DNA from: Glycera tridactyla
Taxonomy: Eukaryota
Direction of reading: 5' to 3'
DNA length: 64,000 nucleotides
Assembly: GCA_965644265.1 (NCBI GenBank)
Contig: OZ286472.1
Location: forward strand, 45,198,001 to 45,262,000
Both the position numbers and the translations under genes were made by a program. The notes below the pieces were generated by a model, which saw nothing but the letters and a program-made list of their open reading frames with translations, was not told the origin of the DNA and searched no databases. Below, piece by piece: positions 12,135 through 22,530 of the stretch; positions within the stretch are counted from its first letter, which is position 1, and every line of letters starts with the position of its first letter.

Positions 12135-13073
12135 TCACTCATTTCGATCATATAGATCTCTGAGTCTGGTGCGTCTTGACTTAGTTTTAGTGATGCAGAA
12201 GTTGTGACGTTCTATCCAGTTGTCTAGTGGAGGACCTATCATGTCGATAGCCATGCCTTCATATCCCATAATGTTTAGATGGATATTGTCAAAAGCGATC
12301 ATTCCTGGAAGTACATGTCCGAAACTTCTGGTTTGTGACTTCTTTTTCTTTTTCTTCTTATAGGCTGGCAGCTCTAGCTTCTTTACATGCATTTTCTGGT
12401 ATGTATGATGTATGTGTATAAACTTAATGGTGAAGTGGACAGCATTGCATTGATTTTTGATGAAATTATCGATTGTGATTGCTAGCACTCTTGCCGCATC
12501 ATGCCAGGTATGTCGCCAAATTATGGGAATATGAAATAGTGTTGCCATTGGGCACAGACCCTGCAACATCCAGATAGAGTCTCTGATGTTCGGATATAGT
12601 TCAGACAAGAAGTTTTCCTGCAGATTTCGCACTCTCATGTTCCATGTGCGCGGGTCCCTATGATATACTGAATCAATCAACTTATTAAAATTGTCAGTGT
12701 CATTTGATCCTAATATAATGATCACGTAGTCAGGTTTCACATTTGCCTCCTCGATCTTGAGCCTGGTATTACCAAGTTTGAGTTTGCGTTCTATTTCATA
12801 TGGTGGAAAGATACCCTGGAATTCATTATAGAAATTTCTCCATTTTGCACCGCTCATACCAAAGAAGTTCCAATCGAGCATATAATACTTCAGTGGTTCA
12901 TTTACAAACTTCTTGATACTTTGACCCAATCGTACTGCGTGACTTGAGCCCAGCACTTGAACTGATGGTGTTGGTATCTGGTTTAGGGTCAGCCTTCGGT
13001 TGAAAATTGGGCAGTGTATCAATTCCACGCATGTTCTGTCTTTCGCTTCTAGAGCACAGTCGTTGGCATTCAT
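12135..13073 (-). CDS. SGNH/GDSL-type hydrolase (esterase) ORF inside the LINE
   Basis: All four SGNH blocks in order: VLGSSHA (I), FFGMSGA (II), IILGSNDTD (III), FDNIHLNIMGY (V, DxxH). First ATG at 13073; true start may lie further upstream in a decayed segment. Confidence 0.85.
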   Translation of the reverse strand: MNANDCALEAKDRTCVELIHCPIFNRRLTLNQIPTPSVQVLGSSHAVRLGQSIKKFVNEPLKYYMLDWNFFGMSGAKWRNFYNEFQGIFPPYEIERKLKLGNTRLKIEEANVKPDYVIIILGSNDTDNFNKLIDSVYHRDPRTWNMRVRNLQENFLSELYPNIRDSIWMLQGLCPMATLFHIPIIWRHTWHDAARVLAITIDNFIKNQCNAVHFTIKFIHIHHTYQKMHVKKLELPAYKKKKKKKSQTRSFGHVLPGMIAFDNIHLNIMGYEGMAIDMIGPPLDNWIERHNFCITKTKSRRTRLRDLYDRNE

Positions 13074-13407
13074 CTGTAGCAATCAAACATTTTCATATGA
13101 GCAAACAAATTCGCCTTCGCAGTATAGTTTGCGTGTATTTGCATTTCAATTGGACTATTTTCAAAAAGGTCATGTTGCTAGGTCATTCGTGATATATGTG
13201 GGTCTTGCGTGTTCATTGACCCGTGTCAATTCTACTATATTATACCTGCGCTTTGACCTATTTTGATTTGACGCGGTATCGAAGTTTTATCATTCAGTAA
13301 TATTTAGTTTAGACAATGTCTATCTTTACTAACCTTAATACGCTTTCCTGGTTCTCTGTTCCATTCGTGGAATTCATCTAGACTTCACTTCAGTTGGTCT
13401 ACGACAC

Positions 13408-15399
13408 TCATTTCGTTTCAATCTGACTCAATGTTTCGAACGTGTTTGCGAGCGTAATGTCAGCCGATTTGTCAACTGGCTTGTTCGGGAATACTCGTGT
13501 CGGTCTAATGAAACCGCCATCTACAGCTTCGTGCCTTTCAACTATCTCACTATACTTCTCGCCAGGTGGCCTCGATTTCGGCGAAACATCGCTTTCTGAG
13601 ACTATCGATTCATTATTTTGGGCTACTTTGTTCTTCTTCGCAAGTTCTAGCCATTTTCCTAGGAAAATTTTCTCTCTAGCGACTGGATCTGGATGTTTAT
13701 CAGATTTTGGAAATTTGGGGGAATTTTGTGACTTTTGATTATGTTTTTCTGCATTTTCTGTATTGACATCTTGTAATTTCTGTGTGTCTAGGGTGGATTT
13801 CGTGGTTTCTGAACTCTGATCATTTTTGCCTCCTCCTCTATTTCTACGTTGAGTAACTCGGTTTCTAAATTTCCTTTGCTGTTCCCCACTCGAGCTCACA
13901 TTTTCCCTTTCTCTATCAGTGTTTTCTACTGTATTGGAATCAAGCTGGTCTTTGCATATTTCCTGGAGTCTAGCCATAGAGAATAGTGCAAGTTTGTCTC
14001 GTTTTTTGTCCTTTGATGCAAAAACTTTGCCATCGCGTGTCCACACGCTGTCTAGAAGTCCATCTAATCTGGCTTCTCTAGCTTTACGAAAGATCGAGTT
14101 TTCCCTATCCGTGAGCTGTTCTCTAAAAAAAGTCTTCGATCCTTTCACATTTGCCTTCCTAATCAGGACTTCTTTTCTTATGTTAGCATGTGCAAATCTA
14201 ATTTTCACTGGGCGAGGTTTTTGATCGTTACTAGGAGGACCAAATCGAGTCACTTGCACTATATCATCTTTTCTCAGATCTAGTTTGGTTCTTTCATTAA
14301 TCAGTCCTAAGACTTGATCGATGAGAGTAGAATCACGTTTGAAGGGCAAGCCATCAACTATAAGTATGTTCAGTCTGTCATTTTTTTCTAACATATCAAT
14401 ATGACCCTCACTTGATGTCATTCTGGTCGATAAACCCATGACTGTCTTATTCAGTTGTGCAACACTGTTCAATAACTCAACCGAGATGTTACCATCATTC
14501 CTGTGTTTCAGCTCCTCTTCTATCTCCCCCATCCATTCCTTGATTTTCGTATCCGATTCGTTTTGTTTTTTCTCCTGTGCATCAATTTTGCGAGCCATTT
14601 CACTCACAATCTCGAGTATTTGATTGTGATTCTCTGTTTGGACTTGTCTAGCTGATTCGATGGAATCTTCTATGAGTATTTCCACTGCATTTTGCCAATC
14701 AGATTTGAACTTTTCGAGTTCCATCTGAACCAGTTCTGGTGCTTCTTCACTAAGGTATTCGTCGCATGTCTTGATCACTGCGGTTCCTAGTGTACGCTCC
14801 ATTGATATCATCTTACTGTCTATGTTATTTTTTATGGATACGTTACTGTCTTCTATCATCTTTGGTACGGTTTTAAGTAGATAGTCTTCGCAAATCTTCT
14901 CTGTCTCTTGAGCATCTGGTGCTCTTTTCGGCAAGGCAGATTCATCCAATTGCGTGTTGACAATTTCACCCACTGATTTTCTAAAATCTACTGATCTGAT
15001 AATCGCTGTAAGTTCATTTCTAACTAGCGCGCGGACATTGTCATTGTTATCTGCCAGTACATCTGTTTTCATTTCAATTCGACCATTGTCGATATCCTTG
15101 GATGTATTCGTTTCAACGCCTGCTAGTGTTACCTCCGACGGTTCTTCTGATTGTTTGGGTTGTTCAGCTATTGTTAATTTGAGTTCAGGGTCAGGGACCC
15201 GGGACGGTTGCTCTATTTGGGTCGATGTGTCTATTGGGGTCAGGTGGGGTTGTTCAGGTAATGGTGAGGGGTGAGTAACTTCCTCAGCTTGCTCACCTGT
15301 TGTGCACTGGGACATTTCACTATTTTGCTTGATTTCTGTCAGTGTACTGGTGGGCCTATCATCACCAATTTCTTGAGTATAGTTGGTGTTATACTGCAT
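13408..15399 (-). CDS. LINE ORF1 protein (acidic N-terminus, coiled coil, L1-ORF1-like RRM + CTD, basic tail)
   Basis: Heptad-rich region ending LEKNDRLNILIVDGLP, then PRPVKIRF..RKEVL, FFREQLT..IFRKAR, VWTRDGKVF, typical of L1/CR1-group ORF1 RRM-CTD; intact, first ATG at 15399. Confidence 0.88.
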   Translation of the reverse strand: MQYNTNYTQEIGDDRPTSTLTEIKQNSEMSQCTTGEQAEEVTHPSPLPEQPHLTPIDTSTQIEQPSRVPDPELKLTIAEQPKQSEEPSEVTLAGVETNTSKDIDNGRIEMKTDVLADNNDNVRALVRNELTAIIRSVDFRKSVGEIVNTQLDESALPKRAPDAQETEKICEDYLLKTVPKMIEDSNVSIKNNIDSKMISMERTLGTAVIKTCDEYLSEEAPELVQMELEKFKSDWQNAVEILIEDSIESARQVQTENHNQILEIVSEMARKIDAQEKKQNESDTKIKEWMGEIEEELKHRNDGNISVELLNSVAQLNKTVMGLSTRMTSSEGHIDMLEKNDRLNILIVDGLPFKRDSTLIDQVLGLINERTKLDLRKDDIVQVTRFGPPSNDQKPRPVKIRFAHANIRKEVLIRKANVKGSKTFFREQLTDRENSIFRKAREARLDGLLDSVWTRDGKVFASKDKKRDKLALFSMARLQEICKDQLDSNTVENTDRERENVSSSGEQQRKFRNRVTQRRNRGGGKNDQSSETTKSTLDTQKLQDVNTENAEKHNQKSQNSPKFPKSDKHPDPVAREKIFLGKWLELAKKNKVAQNNESIVSESDVSPKSRPPGEKYSEIVERHEAVDGGFIRPTRVFPNKPVDKSADITLANTFETLSQIETK

Positions 15400-18300
15400 G
15401 CGCACTAGCCCTGCCAATAGAAGAGAGCTGATCTCTCTTTACATTATATGATGATGGCAATTATGATGGTGATATCGCTATTGCTAAGGCCATTCCGTGG
15501 GTGATATATGATAATCACAGTGCCAATAGTAATTCGGACAATCAGACTAGTCAAACCACCACCATGGTCTGACAGAATCATCATCATCATGCACATGCAA
15601 TCGGGCCAGTTGTGGGAAGGAGTGGCCTACCGGCATTGTGACCTTCACAACCAGCATCATCAGATTTACCATCCTCTTGATGACACCGCCGACACACCAA
15701 TTTATCGATAGATTTATTGATTATTTGATTACTTCGTGCTACCAGGCTTGCATTCCAATGGACTCCCACCGTTTACCCCTATTCAGTATCATGATATCCT
15801 CTATGTATGACCTGGGTATATCTTGGCAGTGCCTAAAAGCCGACATCCCGGGGTGAGCTCGAGCATCAGAGAAGTTAGCGTGAGTAAACAAACGAGGTGC
15901 AAAGTCGAGATTACAATCGCAGCCTGTCTATCGGCCCAGTCGGGCTCACCTGCTGATATTTGGTAAGTCAAGCCACAGCTTGGGATATTGCTTGAACGCT
16001 GGGTTCCCTAATTGTATATCCCAACGAGATTGCTCCTACCTTCTCGTAAGTGCTGGGTATATATCCATATCACCCGATATCGATCATATATCATCTATCA
16101 TAGATGCAGCTGGGGATATCAATTTGGAATGTCACGATATGATTCATATATTTAATGATGCTGGGTTTTTAGGTGGACAGATCGATTAGGTTTCCCTCAG
16201 TGTGACATCATCTAATTTCTAAATATGCCACTTGTTATCATCTCCTCAGATGGCAGGCACCAGCGAGGCTAACAGCCCAACACTTTCACTCGCCGATATA
16301 TAATGTTGCCTGTGTCTGACATCACACCTTCGATTTTTCTCGTATAATTGTGATCCGGGGGTCCATTGAAAAGGTGTTATTGGATATCTTCAACATGAAG
16401 ACTGGATTTTTCTCATGGAAACGATGTACTCCGCATTTTCATATGGATTTTCAGGCATGATCATGGTTTCTGTCATTGCGGGACAGACAGGCAGGCACGT
16501 CAAAATAAGGCGGGACCGAAGTTGAGTCCTCTCTCTTTTCCTTGGGGTATTGTTTTGATATTCTACCGAAGCCATGGCCAGACTGACTCCACTACTATCA
16601 CCACCCCTCACCACTTCCCTTCACCTCCTAGCTTGGCTGGAAATGTCTACTACTAAACAATGCTTTCTTATGTGCTCATGAATTACTCGTTTCCTGCCGA
16701 ACGTCTGTTTACATTCTTCTAGCGAATATCCTCACAGGGAGGAGCCAAGCTTTCTCCGTTCCAGATGATATATAACGTCATATCTGACACCAACATCTTC
16801 CACTCGCACTGATGTCGACGCCTCGCTTGTGTGTGTTGTTGCTCAAGTGTTATTGTCTCTGGCAGTAGGCAATAACCGAGTATATCAAGCTCTCTGCACA
16901 TTCTTCTGTCCCCGGTACACCAAAAACAAAGTACGGCCCTTCTACCACATATACTACAGATGCATACACCACTGTGGCAGCCGTTTTTTAAGATGGATAC
17001 TCGGAATCTGGATAAAACGGCAATCCGCGTGAGAAACTTCTGCAAGTTCGGGTGGAAGAGGCATCCACCAGTAGAGCAGGTCAGTTGAGATAGTGGGTAT
17101 AGTGGTGACTGGGCCATGAGCTGCAACGTGAGTCTGTTACATGGCAAATCTGTATCTCAGCTGCAATTTTCTGCGATGCATTCAGCGATCAATATACACA
17201 ATAAAATGGCGGCTAAACTTATGATTTTTCACACCAATAACCGGACATAGAGGTCATCGGACATGATTTGTATCAGTTCGAAGAGAAGTAGAACGTATCA
17301 TGCTTGTATGTGGGTATCGAAAGTTTAAAAAATGTATATCAAGAGGGTCCCATGAATGTATCGTCAACGATGATGAGATACCATATTGTGAGGTCATTTC
17401 GAAGATCTACACGGGTGATTGGATGAAACCGTCAAAACATGGTGTGCAAATGACATTGCCACGCCTTTGACTATCAGACACCATCAACCTCCATCAGCAT
17501 ACGATCAAAATCGCATATTTCTGGACCGGAAGACAATGCGACAGAGTGTGGCGAGTGGGTCATGATTTTTTTCTGCACAAATGTGCTGAAATAAGTTTGA
17601 GTCGGTGTGCACTCGCGAAATGATAGTTTTGCAGGATCTTCCATGTCCATGTTCCCTCTGTGAGGCAGGCCTACTAGTACAGATATATGATCAGTAAATT
17701 TCGCTGCTCGTAAAGGTCGCCACTAGGCGTCATTTAGTTGAATACACATCAATTGGTGTCGAGATTGCTGCCACCGTTTATGAAGTACATCGGGCGGTGG
17801 TGGTAATGTGCAAGACATTACCGAAGAATATAAAACTTCGGCAGATGAGAATCGACTTGATCAGTGGCAGCTGTTTGGCTGCGTGCCCACGACCTCTACT
17901 GCTCCTTGACTGGCTTCTTGATGTACGCCGCTGATAAAAGAAACACACTGGTATACTCACATGCTCATGCAAATGCATACGCACAACGAAACTGTATATA
18001 TGAACCGGCTACCATACACCTATTGTGAGTCGACATCTGGTGTGTCTTTACACTTGAGTCATTGATTGATAGCAGACTCAGATAGGTGACTAAACTAGCG
18101 AGGATGGAATCTGGGAGATGCAACTTCGTATGTCATGACAAGACTTGTCGGTATCGAAATGCAATTATTTGCCTTTCCAAAAAAAACTTTGATAGCCAGT
18201 GGTTGCGTGATGAGGGAACGTCTCCCGCATTTCTTCACAACATAATCAATTTTTTGTATGTTTATGAATCGGTCGTGAATGAATGAATTTGTTAATATCT

Positions 18301-21002
18301 GCTAGAGTGGTACTCAACTATTAGTGGATTAACGACTGTACTGCAATCCAGTGCCCCGAGTCGACGTTTCAGTGGTGTAATTCTTCGAGGAATGGCGCGA
18401 AAATATGCTGCAGTGAATTCACTATGGTAACAGACGGGATTGACTGGTAAACGGGTCTACTTTCTGCTTCAGTATTTGCGAAACATAGAATAGAACACCA
18501 CAACACGCCAAACAGGAGTTCGTTAACTGGAGAATAAATGTTTTGTCGGGAGGTTGGACCCGTTTGATGGCATAGTGAATTATTTTCTCCAATATTTGGA
18601 TCACCAATATCCTCATCGAGGAAGTTCATGAATGTTTACATTCCGTTTGAGACCCAGGGAGAGACAATTTGAATGTCCACTGCATCGGTGTCTTGGTAAA
18701 ATGATGCGGGGGAAATCCAAGGATCAATCAATCAATTACTAGATGGCAATACATCATTCCTCTCACCCACTTATACCACAGGTTTGTTGCACTTTCTCAT
18801 CCATACCTCCATCATTTGAACTGACAGCTATCTCCACCTGACAACCTTTCAGGATCTCCAACATCTTGTGTTCAGGGTATGTGTAAGTGATGTCTACAGG
18901 AGACAGAACAACTAGCTTTCATTGACCAGGAACACATGGCATACACAATCCCTCAGGTTGATATATACCGTTGAACATCAATCAATCAATCAATCAAGCA
19001 ATCAAGCGATCAATCAAAACTACGTCAGAATATCATTTGTCTGGCTTTCAACGAGAAAGACACTGTGGGTCAGGTATCAGCAGCGCATCACATAATCCAA
19101 AGAGACATTGATTAGCTTGCTCTCACTTTCACGTCTGGTCTTTAGCATCAGTCAACTTATCAATGAGCAGCATTCGATCTTCCATCATAGCGGGGCCAAG
19201 ATTGATCAGCGGATGAACGATTCACTGACATTCGACACGAGTCATTGATATCACTTGCCATCTCATTCTAAACCTGGATGCAGATGTCCATATTCCATTG
19301 GGAATTCGGAGTTACGGAGTATGTTGGTCAGCAGATTACTGAGTGAAAGTGGCAGAATGTTCATACACACCTCCACCTACATTACTGACCAATGATGAGT
19401 TTTCGCTCGGCATACTTCACTATACGACTGGGTGGTAATGGATATTTCGATATTCGATCCTGAAGCCGACATTCACAGCATAATGCAGTACTTGTAACTA
19501 GGAAAAAACGACAGGAGCTCAAGAAATGCAATGGGGGAGGGGTATTTGTAACAAACTATGGGAGCCAATATGCAGGAGAGACCTCCCTACGTTTTTCTTT
19601 CTTTTCAGCCTGTAAACTGATAGGTGTTGAGGATTACAGGACAGCGAACACCAGCTGACTCAGATGGAATGCTGCTTACCTGTTCGCGCTACTCGTCAAA
19701 AAGCTGACAGGAGATAGGTGGTCAAGTGATATGTTCGAGCTGAACCTTCCTGTTGTCATACTGCTCTATGGTTCGTTATTATATCCACAGGTACGTTATG
19801 GGCGTCTTCAATGAGGTGAAATCTATTATTGGTCATACTCCTGAGTTCAATGCATGAGTTTGATTCTGTATTTATTACACGTGCGGCTACCGTTGAGAAG
19901 ATAGCAAATGATTCCAGTGATTCCAGAACGTTACTGAATGATGGGCTAAAACTTACTTGTCAATTCCCCGAAAGACACTCAGCACTGTCTCCTCATTCAC
20001 GAAGTATCTTGTTTCTGCGAACAATATGTGTGCCGGGAGACATTTTCTTCTCCACTATGGCATCAGGGGTCAAGATCACAATACATAGCCCGTCTTGTGA
20101 AAGGAAGATTTGGACATGATACACTAAGATAGTAAGTCGAAAGAGCGAATGAGGTCAGATAAATTGAAATGGATTACCAAGGTCACCATTGCACCCGGAA
20201 CGTGCCTGTGTTCCAATCAAGATCAGACCGTCCCCTAACCACAATATGCAATACATATGAAATGTCACAATCTGGTGATCTGGTGATAGTTTAGCATTGC
20301 ATCAAACGAATACGGGTTACATATGAAATGTGTAAAATACATGGAAGACTTCCGTAGAGGAATTTCTTTATTGGCAGGGGTACGTGTGAAATATCGGCAT
20401 TTTCCATTAAACAGGAGCATGGGTAAATCGCAGAACAGGCCACAGAAATAATTACAGTCATTCCCCTCTCCATATCCAAGAGGATCCGCGTGGTCGACAA
20501 AGGTTTTCAATTTTACTGGTTCGTCATGAATAGAATCAGACTTATTGGCGTAGATAAGTTTGACTTGAGAAAGGACAACGAGGCAGCTTAGACAATAGCC
20601 TGGCACAGACATTTCTCTGACTCTGTGGGCTGATGAGTTTAGCTAGTTCACCGAGGGCGGCGGCTAAAGATATTTTGTTTATTGTGCTGACTTCAGCTGT
20701 TACCTCTGAAAGCAAGCAATTCAAGAAGAGCTGTGATCAGGGTGGTAAGGTCTTCTGTAGAAATCAAGAAATCAACAAGCGACAGGTAAACGAAGTTGAC
20801 TTTCGGTTAGTTCGGCATGGATACACCCACACAGACGTACACTGGCCATTAACCCCCCCCCCCCCCCCCTCCACACACACACGCACACACACACACACAA
20901 ACACACTCACACCCACATACAAAAGTATTGACACCCCGCATCACACACACATGCACATTCACGCGCTCATGTATTATCCCCAACCGCATAGAGACTAACT
21001 GC

Positions 21003-21065
21003 TACAGTCGAACTTGTTCCATCGTCCACCTCTATAAAAGCCACCCTGACCAAAGGAGGCCTTTA
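21003..21065 (+). mobile_element. Fragment of the same pogo-like MITE family as 1854-2034
   Basis: TACAGTCGAACTTG start and shared CCTCTATAAAA..CCACC motif. Confidence 0.45.
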
Positions 21066-22179
21066 AAGATGGGTTCGACCGTACCATCGAGTATCAAGAG
21101 AAAGGCTCTGACTATCACTTATCTGCGTTGTCAAAATTCCCAGTTCGAAGCGAATGAGTTGAAATATTTCAAGAGCTGATTGACCACCTTCCTATTCGAC
21201 CCTCCATCTCTGCAATGTCCAACATCCATCCGTACGGATGTAACAGTCATTAAATGTGAGAGTTTTCAATATACATCACCAGCGTTTCCGCCGTCTTCAA
21301 TATCGCGTCCATTGGTTGCAATTAGGACAATGAATCGCTATGAAGGACTGGCAGTGCTTGTTGAAGTCATGGATTGTACATACGCAATGAAGCTGACCTG
21401 AATTAGTTTCTAGCGTGTCTTGTGGGCCATACCACGTGCCGCTGTTCCATCTACGTCCCATTATGCGTTCATAACGAGTACGAGTCACGGGATCCAATTT
21501 CCTATTATGCTGTTCATTGCGCCGTTAATCTTGGCTTAAGTGGTGCGTTATAAACCCTTCACTCTCAGACCCGAGTAGGTCTATCCAAAAATTCACATTC
21601 ATGTGATCCAGAAGAGACAAACAACCCACTTTCGTGATAGAAAGAGATTTCGGTGCAGACAGCAATCCCAGCAACCCTCGAGTGTATAGATTTTGGTAAT
21701 AGTACCAATTGTAATTTTTGTATCCGAGTCTCGGCTGTAGCCTCAGCTTGGATAATGTCAGTGCCAGGTGCAANNNNNNNNNNNNNNNNNNNNNNNNNNN
21801 NNNNNNNNNNNNNNNNNNNNNNNNNNNNNNNNNNNNNNNNNNNNNNNNNNNNNNNNNNNNNNNNNNNNNNNNNNNNNNNNNNNNNNNNNNNNNNNNNNNN
21901 NNNNNNNNNNNNNNNNTTATCATCGATGTTGATTTGGTTGTAGCTTTGATTATACTTGTAGTAGTTGTAGTGCGCCACCAAAGCGGTGGCGGCAATCGTG
22001 CTGGTGGTGATGGTTATGATAATGTTTTAACTGTTGAAATAAATGGCTGCCTGTCAGTCTACAAATCGCTGCTCCGCCCTCCTACTTCGCCCATGCTGCG
22101 AAAATATGACAGTCCGTGAAAGATCTGGTTGCGGTAGGTAACAAATACCTTCATATCATTGAATATCCGTGTCAATATG

Positions 22180-22530
22180 TGTCTGATAGAAAAGAGTGTG
22201 TGTGTGCGCGTGTGCATGTGTGCACGCGTCTGTCCGTCTGTCTGCCCTTCCATCTGTCCGTCTGTCCATCTGCCTGAGTTCCTGTTTGTCGACATGCCTG
22301 TCTGTCTGTCCATCTATCTATCCATCCATCCATCCATCCATCCACTCACTCAATCTGTCCATCCGTCCAACCATTTTCTGTATGTCTGTTGGCCCGTTGG
22401 TCAGTCAGTCAGTCAGACGTCCAGCCGGTCGGACAGTCAGACGGCCAGTCGGTCAGTCAGTAAGTCAATTCCATGGGATGACTTTCAACAACCGAACTTG
22501 TTCCACTGAATGGGCCGAGATTTTCATGCA
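22180..22530 (+). repeat. (GTCT/GTCC/CATC/GTCA)n microsatellite block, possibly a Helentron-like element remnant
   Basis: Mixed tetranucleotide arrays followed by ..CCACTGAATGGGCCGAGATTTTCATG. Confidence 0.5.

Larger units (their letters stand above)
7790..15440 (-). mobile_element. Near full-length non-LTR retrotransposon, CR1/Jockey group (Crack/Daphne/L2-like), multi-ORF
   Basis: Co-oriented ORF1, esterase ORF, APE-RT ORF2; 3' AATAAA (7827-7822) and A-rich tail (~7790-7812). 5' boundary and TSD not identified. Confidence 0.9.

Noticed and set aside
8583-15274. Plus-strand ORFs overlapping the LINE ORFs
   Set aside because: Antisense shadows with no motifs
16240-16315. HDV-like ribozyme hint on the minus strand (AGCCUCGCUGGUGCCUG resembles HDV P3/P1)
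   Set aside because: L3 is too short for P1.1, there is no GG after P1, and no convincing P2 or C-R-A-A junction
16390-17147. Possible decayed transposase/integrase upstream of the LINE
   Set aside because: No catalytic motif recognised; stop density in the alternative frames is about what random sequence gives
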